Positions 12,719 through 24,032 of a DNA stretch of 64,000 nt are shown one piece after another. The stretch lies in assembly GCA_050084985.1 (NCBI GenBank), contig JBITNC010000001.1, positions 146,878,001 to 146,942,000 of the forward strand. The letters run 5' to 3'. Made by a program: the position numbers and the translations under genes. How positions within the stretch are numbered: the stretch's first letter is position 1; each line of letters starts with the position of its first letter. The notes beneath the pieces were generated by a model. It saw nothing but the letters and a program-made list of their open reading frames with translations, ran no database searches and was not told where the DNA came from. The DNA is from Nageia nagi. Taxonomy: Eukaryota > Plantae > Pinophyta.

Positions 12719-12947
12719 TGTTAGAAAAATAATACATTAGTCTAATAAATAGATACATTAGGTATCTATAATAAATAGATATATTGATAAATAATAGTAT
12801 ATTAGTATTATACTAATTTTTAGTCACCTTAATATTTAGGGTTCTTAATGCATACCGTTATTGTACAGGAATGTAACTCCCGAATGCTATTGTATTTAAA
12901 CTCTCCTCTTCATTAATGAAAATAACTGTCTCGGATAATTTCCAATA
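12719..12947 (+). repeat. 3' LTR of Copia-1
   Basis: Follows the PPT and aligns with 4091-4315. Confidence 0.9.
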
Positions 12948-14117
12948 TAATGTCTAGAATTGGAATTGGCCGATTTCCGGGAAAAATTGATTTCCAATCC
13001 AGATCATAGCATTTTTTCGAGATCGGTTTTCGAATCTGTGATTTTGCTGATTTTCATAACAGTGGTTGTTATATTGGTAATCTCTTGTTTGCATACAAGG
13101 AAAAAAAGAAAATTATTTGTGACAATTAATTTTTCTCAAGTTGAAAATATCAGAGCATAGAATTGAAGCAATATAACCAACAAAATCTTAGTCTTAGACT
13201 CTTAGTTTCCATAGGAGCTATTATTAGGAATTTAAGCTTGTAAAGGTATTTAATATTAAAGACTAATTATTTCTGGCATTGCTTGCTTAAGATTCTGAAG
13301 TTTATGTTTCAGCTTGGCATTTGGAATAATTATGCCTGGAGGCATTTTACAATGGAAGACAAGGGGTGGAGAGAATCCAAATGTCTATCCGATGTGTAAC
13401 AATAGGTTGACAACAATAACCAGCATTATAAGTTTAAAATAATTTATATGTCTGATTTTAATATTTGAAACCCTGAGCAGTATTGAAACAAGAACGAAAG
13501 AGGAGCCATCTTCCCAGTCTTAGGCAAGTTTTACGCTGTTTCTTCTTCAAACACATGGCTGTTTGGGAGTGAACACATTATAAAGAGTTTGCAGTTTTGA
13601 AGTGTGGAATCTGTGGTGTTATGAGCTTTGGCAATGTAATTGATATTATTGTTTAAAAGATGGAGATTCAAGCATTTAATATTTCAGATTTCTGGAGTAA
13701 ACTAGATATAAGACTGTAAATGCAGATTTATCTGAAGAGGGTCAGGATAGCCAGCAACTTAGCAAGTAGAAGCACATAAAGTCTAAGCTCTGCTGCAAAT
13801 GCCTTCACTCCTATGACTCAAAATCATTTTTCACTTTGGTTATTTCTTTTCATTTTCTGTTATTAATTACTAGAAGCCTTTATATGAGAGGAATTTGGCT
13901 AAAGTTAGCAAAGGGGATTAAATTCACTTGATTATAACTTGCAGGAAGAATGTTACATTAAGATTAGGTTCTACATAATCTGTTGAAGTCATTATATCCT
14001 AGATTACTACTTTGTGGTTTTATCTCACTAATAGAAAATGCCTTGTGTGGTTAAATTATTTTTTCCAAACAATTTCAGCAAAGTATTATATATACAATTT
14101 CTGCCAACTATGATATC

Positions 14118-14158
<41 letters not shown>
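14118..14158. repeat. Compound (CT)n(TA)n microsatellite
   Basis: Seen directly. Confidence 0.9.
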
Positions 14159-14333
14159 ATCAGTGATAGATACAAGCATCCTATGTGTCGGTTTCAATCC
14201 TTATTTTCTAGATCGAATCTCAAGGAAGATACATTGTTACTGCTTTTTAAGTTTATTTTCGAAGTTTTTCTTACAAATTAAAGATATTAAATATTTTCTT
14301 CATTCTTTATTTTTATATAAACTAGCTTATACC

Positions 14334-14462
14334 TTAGATATATATCTAAAAATACCGAGAGGTATCAATCTCAAGATGCCAATCTTCTTTTCTTAGAAGT
14401 GTGATTTCCCAAATAGACACCCCGAGATTGATACCTCTCTATGTTTTAAGATATATATCTAA
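14334..14462. repeat. Fold-back inverted repeat, probable MITE remnant
   Basis: TTAGATATATATCTAAAAATACCGAGAGGTATCAATCTC pairs with GAGATTGATACCTCTCTATGTTTTAAGATATATATCTAA. Confidence 0.75.
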
Positions 14463-14586
14463 AATATCTAATCTATAGTCTATTTAAGAATGTTATTAGT
14501 CATGACCTTTCTTAACACCTAAAAGGTAGTCTAGAGTTTAATTATAAAAACAATATACGTTATAACACATTTCTCTTGGATGACAG

Positions 14587-14874
14587 ACAAAAGTTGATGC
14601 TGATGGACCAAGGCAGCCATGGCATGATTTACATTGTAAAATAGAAGGTCCTGCTGTGTATGATGTACTCACAAATTTTGAGCAACGCTGGCGTAAAGCA
14701 ACAAAATGGCGTGAGTTTGGACAACGTTTCAAGAAAGTTTCAAGATGGCATGATGATGCCCTTATCAAAATTGAACGTATCTCATGGATTCTTAGTCCTA
14801 AAACAGATTCACCAAGCGGTGATCCTGCTCTGTGGGTTTCAAAGGAAGATGATCCAGAACACTGGCACGTGCAG
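14587..14874 (+). CDS. PLDdelta: Phospholipase D delta-like, first exon in window ([18 protein letters not shown]...EHWHVQ)
   Basis: AG at 14585-14586, GT at 14875. [18 protein letters not shown] and WVSKEDDPE match plant C2-PLD delta. Confidence 0.95.
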
Positions 14875-14967
14875 GTAGGATGAGGAGAGCCTAACACCGC
14901 AAAATATTATTTGATGTTGTCTTTCAATTGTCATTGTAAGTTTCATCAATTGTCTTTATCTTCTTAG

Positions 14968-15036
14968 ATTTTTCGCTCCATTGACTCTGGATCTGTAAAA
15001 GGCTTTCCTAAGACTGTTAAAGAGGCAGAAAGAAAG
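14968..15036 (+). CDS. PLDdelta: PLD delta-like exon (IFRSIDSGSVKGFPKTVKEAERK)
   Basis: TAG/GTGAG boundaries and the conserved FRSIDSGSVKGFP motif. Too short for the ORF track. Confidence 0.95.
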
Positions 15037-15191
15037 GTGAGTTCAACTAGCTAGTTGAGCATTCTCTTTACTTCGTCTGTCCATAGATTTTAGCATGTAA
15101 AGAGAAAAGTATTTATTTTAAGTAACCTGATAATATTATGTATAGCTGTTTGTGCTTCAATAATTTTTTATTTGTTGCCACTATTTTACAG

Positions 15192-15339
15192 AACCTTGTT
15201 TGCCGGAAAAACTTAGTTATTGACAAAAGTATTCACACAGCATACGTGAAAGCCATTCGATCTGCACAGCACTTCATTTATATTGAAAATCAATATTTTG
15301 TGGGATCATCTTATAACTGGAATTCTTACAAAGGTGCAG
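15192..15339 (+). CDS. PLDdelta: PLD delta-like exon ([15 protein letters not shown]...IYIENQYF...YKGA)
   Basis: CAG/GTATG boundaries, IYIENQYF motif, ends in phase 1. Confidence 0.95.
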
Positions 15340-17170
15340 GTATGTATCTTAACTCAATGAAAGATTAGTAATGATATAGAAGTATTCACCGTTGTAACTC
15401 GGCACTACTTTTTGAAGAGCATTTATTGAAAAAAATGGTGATGTGTTTGGCATTGTAAACTGTAAGTGTGTTTTTGCTAACAAACCAACAATAAATATTC
15501 TATTATAATATCAATGCACCATGTCGGGTGGGGTATTGGACATTGGACACTTCAACAATTTTTGATTATGTTCTTCGGTATTTGCATTTAAGTGAAATGT
15601 TGGGGCACATTATATGATTTGAGAACCTTGATTCATGTTTGGTGTTGGCAGCTGTGCATTATTAATTGATAAAGAAAAGATTGCAAATCTTGAAGATAAA
15701 ATACTAAAACATGAAACAGGAGAGGCATCATTAGGAAGTTATCTTTGCTGAAGCCAGATATTTCTTAAGCTGATTATTAATGTCCCTTTATTAATCTATT
15801 TATAGAAGTGGGATGTGCAGGGTTTGAAATGGAAGGAAATGTCTAAATAGGAGAATGGCAATGAGAGGCATGGCCAAATGGCAATACAAAATAAATAGAA
15901 GATTGTTGTGAAATTGAAACTGATGAGTCATTTATTCATCCCATCTCTGATCAAAGGAACAAAACTTATAGACAGAATACTTGGTTAGAAAAATGAAAAG
16001 AAGTTTATGCACCTAAAAGTGGGTTCAGTTGTAGATAACAAGTGGGTTCAGTTGCAGAAAACATAAATAACTCCATGTTAGATGCTTACTGATTTGATTA
16101 TATTCAATATTTACTTGTATCATCAACTTTGATCAGGCAGTTTTGCTTGTATCAAATACCATACAAGGTACAGCTTTGAATTTCTCTGTTATTAATATCC
16201 TTCTATGCTAGTATCTATGAGCTTCTATATCCATTTAGTTTTTTTTGACTCTCATGTGGTAAATGCATGCATTTATGATATTTTAATAATCCCTCAACTG
16301 ATATTGATATTGATGAGAATGCTGTCTTTCAAATTTTCATAAACCCACCAGTGCCTATGGCTCCTGAAATGTATATACACCTAAATGTAAGATAACATTA
16401 GAAAAATAAGTTCAATCTTACAGGACAATACATGTATAAAATAAATCAAATGGTCTTTCATCGTGATCAGCTAGAAAATTGCTAGCTGCCCAGCTCAGTT
16501 GTATGTGGTGGTTTAAAAGAAAATTAGCCTTACAGTAACGAACAATTGAAAAGTGCAAGCAGTGCAGCTGTTTTGTGCTTGGGTTTTAACAATGCCAATC
16601 TTAAATAATTGTTTATAAATTTTGGACAGGAAATTGATTTTTTACTTAAGGTGTTCTAAGTTAGAAACTAGTTCCGGTTCTCTGTTATGCGAAGTTGGTG
16701 TAGAAAGCAAAGCACTCCATTACATGTTGCAAGTTTATCATGAGATTGCACAGACATCTCCTTTTTATTTCAAACATGTTCCATTCATTGTCTGAAATCA
16801 GTGATGATAGCCTTGCGGATTAGACAAACATTATCTTTGTTAATAACTGTTCTATGGACTGACACTCTGACAACTCAATTCTTATTTTCATGATACATCT
16901 GGCTGTCATTGAATATGGCTGGATGATTTGGGGCAGGATGGGGTATGATGAATGCATTAATGAAAGTGATATTCATTATGGTAGTCAATCCTACTGGGAT
17001 AAAATTTGAATTATGTCTACAGATTAAGGGGCTCCTTGAGGGGCAGTCTTGCGTTGCAGCTTAATGGATAAAATTTAGAACATCCATGAGGTATAAATTA
17101 GCATTTGGCATGGACTAATTTACTCTAGAGGGATTGATGGGGCAGTGTTGGGATATTTTTCTTTCCTCTA

Positions 17171-17564
17171 ACAAACTACCACTGGGAGGTGGCGAAATGG
17201 GAAAGCATCCAAACATGCGAGTGAGGTAGTGTATGACTGATACCTCAAGGTTTATATGTGAAAAATACCAAGTGCTTTTATAAATCTCTGGGAATAGTTT
17301 AATTGGGAGATGGTAACTGTTAACCTGTGTTTTAAGGCATATGGAGTTTGTTTTCTAGTTTAGAATATCTTCTTATCTTTACTGAAATTCATTCAAGTTC
17401 ACGATCATATCAGGTTTTTGCAGCTGCAGAAGGGGAAACTGGTTTACAAAGAAAAGAAAAATACAGAAAGTAAAAAGAAGAATAGAACGAGGGACAGGTT
17501 TCTTAGAAACAAGAAGAGATTTGTCACAAGCGAATCATTGTCTAAATTGTTAGCTTTCCGGGTT
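17171..17564. repeat. ~400-bp direct repeat, copy 1
   Basis: Aligns along its length with 23622-24032, with one ~20-bp indel. Confidence 0.9.
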
Positions 17565-20527
17565 TGTTGGAGTCTTTCATTCATTCATTCAAATCTAAAT
17601 ACAAATGACATAGTCCAAATTGTAAATAGATAAATCATAAGAGCACATGGCAATTCAATCCTTTAGGAATCACATAAGTAGATGGGTGGAGATGTAAAAT
17701 ATGTGAACACTAAGTTTGAATGAAAGATCACGTTTAAACAACACAGAAAGAGAACATGTCCAAAGTACATTTACTTTACTTGCAAGATATGAGAGAAAAA
17801 CAATTCAAACACTTCAAATGCTATTCGCTTAACTTTGCTAAAACTCATAGTTTTCAAGAGAAAAGAACACAAGCGCTCAAATTACATCATGCAAAGAAAC
17901 AAATTTCAGACATGACATTTATATCCCCAAAGATGACAAATCTTTCTTGGCATTGCTTTCATAAACTTTCTCCTCCTTTGTCCCATCTATTCTACCCTTT
18001 TACAAAATGACCCATAAAGGGTATTTATAATTTTTCAAGGCACAACTACCTACTGTTGCCCTTATACAAATGAAATGAAATGGAAATTGTACTAAACTTA
18101 CATTTCGCTTGTGGGAGTAAAAACTCTTCCTCCAAGAAAATAAACTAAGCAAATATCAAAGTTTTGGAGTAAAAACTCTTCCTCACAAGAAAATAAACTA
18201 AGCAAATATCAAAGTTTTCATTGTGGAAAATGGCCATGGAGTTGTCCAAAACATTTGGCATTTTCTTCGTTTGACCGCTTCTGATGAGGCTTATGACTCA
18301 AATATTGCCGCTTCTGATGAGGTTTAGGTCTCGAATATTGCCATGTCCATTGATTAAGCCTTGAATTCCTTTTATGATCACATCCTTGCTTCTCATAGTT
18401 TCATCATCTTCATAAAAATCCTTTAATTCCAATTTGGTCATTTGGAACACGATCCTTGTCTTTAGAGCTTCCACCTCTTTGAGAGCCTTTGTTTTGGAAA
18501 AACTCATCCTTGTTTTAAAAGGATTCTTGTTGCTCCAAACAAGAAAGTTAGCTTGGGCCAATTTTGGGTGGATGATCTTCATTTGGACGTCGTTTCAGGG
18601 CTTACAAATGGTTCTACCAAATTTTTGCACTAAAATGGATGTTCAATTTTTAAGGTGGGAAAGTGGTGCATCCGACTTGGAAAATTTTTGTAAGGAAGGG
18701 AATTTGTACTCGAAAACTTTTCAAGGTTTTAAGGCATGAGGTAGGTGTGATTTAGAAAATGGGAACTATTGCATTAGATGGAGGCATTAAGTGTTTAAGG
18801 TAGTGAAAACATGCACCAACACTTAAGGATCGATTGGGTTCGCACCAAAAGGAGCCTTAGAGGAGTTTTCAACTTACATCAAAATGGAACATTAAAAGTT
18901 TAACATTGGAAACCATGTGACTTGCGGGGTTCCTTCATCCAAAGATGCCATTAATCTTTCCAGATTTGAAAAAGTGTGACCAAGGATAAGAGATCTCCAT
19001 TTTGCACCCCAATCAAACATTAAAATCTTGATCTTGAAAAACATGTGTCTGGAAGAGGGAATCGACAAGTTTGCATCAACTAGAGGTATTAAAATTTTGA
19101 CACATGCGACTTTGAAGGAGTGAGTTTTGAAGGAGTGAGTTTTGAATGGTTTGCATCAAACAATGAAGTAGGCGACCAAGGATAGGAGATCTCAATGAAT
19201 TGAATCAAAAAAAGATGTTAAATCCTTGAAATGGGAAAACATGCAATTGGAGAGAAAGGAACGCTTGATAGAAAAATGGAGTGTTGAACCTGGTATAGCT
19301 CCTCATGTTCCTCCCATGACATTTGTCGATCTTTGGTTGGTCGGTTGGCACTTTGAGGTCCAAAATGTTGCTATTTTGACCTAGTCACATGTTTTCAAAT
19401 TTGATGATTTCAAACTCAAAAAAGTGCAACTTACTCCTTTGTCGCATGTTTTGAAATTTTGTGATTTCAAACTCAAAAAAGGTGCGACTTACTCCTTTGT
19501 TTCATGTTTTCAAATTTTGTGATTTCAAACTCAAAAAAGGTGCGACTTACTCCTTTGTTGCATGTTTTCAAATTGGGTGATTTCAAACTCAAAAAAGGTG
19601 CGCCTTAATCCTTTGTCGCATGTTTTCAAATTTGGTGAAATCAAGCTCCAAAAAGGTGCGACTTATGCCTTTGTCGCATGTTTTCAAATCAAACTTAAAA
19701 AAGTTGCGATTTACTTTGGTGATTTCAAACTCAAAAAAAGGTGCAACTTGCTCCTTTGTCCCATGTTTTCAAATTTTCAAGATTAAAAAAGATGCGACTT
19801 GGTCCCTATTTTGCACTTTTTTGAAGAGTTTTAGCAATTGTAATGCTAGAAAATATGTGCATTCCTCTTTTTTTAGTTGCGCCTTGACACATTTCAAGAT
19901 TCTAAGTTTGAAAAACATGCAACTTGCCTCTTTTGGGTTGCACCTTCTCAATTTTTGAAGCTTTTAAGCTTCAAGAACATGCAATCATGGGAAGTTGAGC
20001 ATTTAGTACCCTCCAAAGGTGTGTGACTTGGCTTTTTAGGCATTCTAAAACATGGAAACCATGTGTTTTTACTTTTTATCCCTTTAAGTCGCAACTTCAC
20101 ATTTTTTTCAATCTTGAAGCTAGAAAACATGCGACTAAGCTCTCTTTTGGTCACACCTTCAAATTTCTTGGAGTCTTAAGGCCAGAAAACATGCGACCAA
20201 GGAAATTTTCCTTGTAAACCCCAAAAAAGTACAAATTTTGAGCATTTTAAGGCTCCAAAGTGTGCAACTTAACCTTCTAGGCTGTTTTGAGATGCTTTTG
20301 AAATGCAAATTGGCTCGACTCTCTTAAAGACCTTGAAATATGTGAATCTGCTCTCTGGAAGTAGTCTTAACTCGGATATTGACACTTTACTATCTTTCTA
20401 ATTTTCACTCCTTTTGAGGTATCAAAAATACCTCATCTCGTTCCTTCGAGTTGATTCTGTCTGTTACTTTGGCCAAAAGAGGGCCCTCAAAATTATGAAA
20501 ATTTGGGACGTGTTGTGCAGGGCAACA
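17565..20527 (-). mobile_element. 2.96-kb solo-LTR-like segment (Gypsy-type)
   Basis: Minus strand begins TGTTGCCCTGCACAACA and ends ...CTCCAACA. TATAAAT at ~18023-18029 (-). Same terminal motif as the 7959 and 42373 inserts. No TSD seen. Confidence 0.7.
19385..19800. repeat. 58-bp tandem repeat, ~6-7 copies
   Basis: Unit CATGTTTTCAAATTTTGTGATTTCAAACTCAAAAAAGGTGCGACTTACTCCTTTGTCG. Confidence 0.9.
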
Positions 20528-23500
20528 AGAGCAAAATAAAAATAAAACGAAACAAAATTAGAAGAAAAAATTTGGATACATAGTGATATGCGTCATTCAT
20601 TGGAATATGAACTAGTGTCAACATTTTCACTAATGGTTGCATCGCTGGTTTGCATTAGAGTGAGTGAATTCTCACTAGCTATTCAAGTAGCCATTCGGAC
20701 ACCTATATTGTGGTTCAAGGTCCGGAGAAAAGTTTGTGTCCCTCTTTCCTACTCACTAGACGGATCTAAACAGTGCATAGCACTGTTTCAAATATCCTTG
20801 TCTTTCTCTTCACTCACCATAGTTGTGACAACAGTTTGAAGCTTACTATCACTTTGGATAGTCACTTGTTCTCGGATTTTCATTGATTATCAAGGAATCA
20901 GTGTCAACCTCTTGTTTCATCAAATAGATCGTTTAGTATCATCCAAAGTGTTTGTTAGTCTCTGGGTCGAAATAAAGAGTTATTGATCTCGGTTCGCTTT
21001 TTCATCTAAAGTGTTTGATGCAACTATAGTTTCTAGGTTAGAACAAATAGTTCATGAGCTCGGTATGCTCTTTTGAAATTTTTTCATTTAATTTAAAATG
21101 TCTTCATGATGATTGTATGAGCGTGATAAGGTGTCGGAACATGTTAAAAGAAACACACTTGAAAGATTAGTGCTTGTAGAGACATTCTCTTTGAAGTGAT
21201 ATGCAACATTAAAAAAACAAATAGAGAATTTTTCTTATTGACCAACTTATGTTGTATACGTTCAACAGTTATAGAGGCCTCATTAATTGCAACAATTGAT
21301 CGTTCCTGATAAGCATTAATTTCAACCTCTTCTTTGCCAAAAGATGGGAAATATAAACACAAAGGCATAAGAATCATTGGAGTGTAAACTTGATGTTTCT
21401 CATAAAGTCACTTACAACTTCTGGTTCCTTTGCTACGAAACTTTGCTTTGTTTCTATTGTATTTTCATGCTTCTGCATAGACAAGAAATCAACAATTATA
21501 GCATTCCATTCTTCGACTTCATCTTCACATTCTAGATCAAAAGATTTATTTAGTTTTGGTTCAACATGAGAAAAGCTATTTCCGACGTCTAAGCTCACAA
21601 ATTCTGAATGAGAATCTAACTTATGATCATAGTCACTATCAACATTTCCCTTGTCCAATTCTATCTCTTTCACTTAATCTTTGAAGAAGAATTCAAAACT
21701 AAAAATCATTCTCATCAACATTCTTATATATAGATTCTAGTAAAGATTGATCTAAACAAGGATTAGATGAATGAGGTAGTGATTGAGGATTCAAATTTTG
21801 TTTCGGTATATTGGTATCTATGCATCGTTCTTGACCTTCTTCGAAAGAACAATTACTTTTTTTTTTGGTCAATTGTAAATTTATATATCAGTGGTTTTTT
21901 ATACAGGGCCCAATAACCTGTATTACAAAATTTCAAAAAGATACATCATTTAGTTAGTGAGTTTCTAAACTAGCCTACATCTCACTTTTACACTCAAAAG
22001 GAGTATCCATCCATCTACAGTAGCCGAACAAAGAGTATAGACTAGTGACATATGCAACACTATCTAATTCCATGGTCTATCTCTCCTTGGCCATAACAGT
22101 CTATCTTATGGTTACCCGGACTGGTAACACTATTTTCTAGCTATTGTCACCCATGTAGGCAACATCAACCTTCAGAAAATTTTACAATATCTGAAAATGC
22201 ATTCCTGCACTTCAGACTCCATAAAGAAAGAACAATTACTTTTGTTTTCTGCGTTTTCCTCTTTTTTTGACATCCAAGAATTTGATGGATCATATCCATC
22301 CAAAATTTATACCCATTCTTTATTGAAAATAATTGAGAATGGGATTGGCATATCAACAACCAGAACATCAAGGAATTGTTGCGCTTCTTATCGTACAGGT
22401 CGTATGCAAAGGTTCTTTAGTATTCAAACTATTTGTGCTTCGACAAGGTTGAATTCCACAATTTTCTCATTACTTGCAGTTGAGATAAGTCCATATTCAC
22501 AACAAGCTGCATACGACATGATATTGAATTCTAGATCAGGGTGCACCAAACAGTTATAAAAAGTTTTATCTTTGAGATAAACGGATAGCCAAAATGGTGT
22601 TCGTGCATTTCCTGGATTATCTCTCCTTTTGGATCTGATTCACTTGGTACACAATTTGGAATGCTCATTTGTGTTTTCATCTTCATCATCCTCGGAAGAA
22701 AATTGAGGAAAAAATGGAGGCTCTGACAATATTTGGCTGATTTGTTCTTGCTCATCTCAGAATTGATCTTTTAGCGCTTCATTCCTATTATTATTGTGCA
22801 ATGCTTCCAGATTGGTGTAGATTCTAAAGAAATCGAGTGGAAGTTTTATTGAAGGCTATCATCTTGCAGTCTCTCCCTCTTCAATTGTTCTACCTTATTG
22901 TTCATTTCTAGCAATGCGGCTCTTAGTTTATCCAGTTTGTAGTTCGGAGCTGCTTGGGTAGAAATATTCGGTAGATTTGGAGTGTTTTGGAAATCAGGGA
23001 AAACCTCATGTATTGGCGTACTTTGATTATTCATTTGATTCCATCCGTTGTGCTAAGCCATATTCATTTGACCCCTTCCATTGTATTGGGAGCACCACAA
23101 TGGTTGGTTCGACAACAATTGAGGGTTGAAACTCATACTTTGAGTTTGTGGTTGTTGCATACTTGGATTTGAATAAGCATTGATAGCGCTACAACCTCTT
23201 CGAACCACTCTGTTTTCGGGTATGCTGTATGGTTGTTCTTGAATTCACCCCAGAGTACTTCCTTGCAACCATGGTACTGCAGCCATGATTGTACAATGTA
23301 CTGTTTAAACCATTAGGAAATTGAGTATAGGAAGTATTTATCACTAGACGAAGTCACCCAGAGAAGTATCTTCAGAACTTAAGATATTTTCTTGAAGTGT
23401 TCTTCAAATCTGCAATGAAAACTTGGTGATCTTCGACCTGATAATGATTGTTTCTGTAATCTTGACAAAGAAGTCTGACCTCATGAAAAGTATATCTTTA

Positions 23501-23621
23501 TACATTGTGATGAAGAACATAAATCATATTTCATACCTTCTGTTTGATGCTTGTGTGAACTAGAAAGAATGAATTCTTCAAAACTAGAAACAAGATTCAA
23601 GAGGTCCTCCTTCTAACGCCA
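20528..23621 (-). mobile_element. Degenerate Gypsy internal region (PBS plus gag-like remnant)
   Basis: PBS TGGCGTTAGAAGGAGG at 23621-23606 (-), nearly complementary to the plant tRNA-Asn 3' end. Broken coiled-coil and acidic ORF pieces (22846-23034, 21374-21673). Confidence 0.65.
21857..22225 (-). mobile_element. 5'-truncated LINE (L1-like) insertion
   Basis: TSD GAAAGAACAATTAC(TTTT) at 21843-21856 and 22226-22239. Poly(A) tail seen as T10 at 21857-21866. 3' stem-loop TACAGG...CCTGTA. LWSLKCRNA at its 5' end resembles the L1 ORF2 C-terminus. Confidence 0.8.
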
Positions 23622-24032
23622 ACAAAGTACCACTCGGAGTTGGCGAAATGGGAAAGCATCTAAACATTTGAGTGAGGTAGCATTACCTACCCTGCTTGAA
23701 AGGATTGATACCCTAAGGTTTATGTGTGAAAAATGCAAAGTGCTTTTATCAATCTCTGGGAACCGTTCAATTGGGAGATGGTAGTCATTAACCTGTGTTT
23801 TAAGGCATATGGAGTTTGTTTTCTAGTTTAGAATATTTTCTTATCTTTACCGAAATTCATTCAAGTTCACGATCATATCAGAATTTTGTAGCTGCAGAAA
23901 GAGAAACTAGTTTTAAAAGAAAATAAAAATAAAGAAAGTAAAAAAAAGAATAGAACAAGGGACAGGTTTTTGAGAAACAAGATGAGACTTGTCACAAGCG
24001 AAGTATTGTCTAAATCGTTAGCTTTCTGGGTT
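23622..24032. repeat. ~400-bp direct repeat, copy 2 (abuts the PBS)
   Basis: Aligns with 17171-17564. Confidence 0.9.

Larger units (their letters stand above)
4091..12947 (+). mobile_element. Ty1/Copia LTR retrotransposon, full-length but degenerate (Copia-1)
   Basis: LTRs at 4091-4315 and 12719-12947. TSD TAAAG/TAATG. PBS TTGTATCAGAGC (tRNA-iMet type) at 4316-4327. PPT ATTATGGGGGG just before 12719. Domain order gag, protease (WYVDSGAS), integrase, RT (AIGCKWVFKTK, HKARLVAKGY, YVDD), RNase H. Confidence 0.95.
3193..13064. mobile_element. Non-autonomous hAT-type DNA transposon (~1 kb of own sequence) split by the Copia insertion
   Basis: Perfect 8-bp TSD GTTGTTAT at 3185-3192 and 13065-13072. 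Short TIRs CATTGTTAT / ATAACAGTG. AATCGG/CCGATT subterminal motifs at both ends. Confidence 0.85.

Noticed and set aside
1-14586. Upstream PLD exons (C2 domain, first HKD)
   Set aside because: No HQK...D or GGLDLCDGRYD-type motifs found by eye. They presumably lie before the window.
19562-20217. ORFs in the 58-bp tandem repeat
   Set aside because: Repeat translations with no protein signature.
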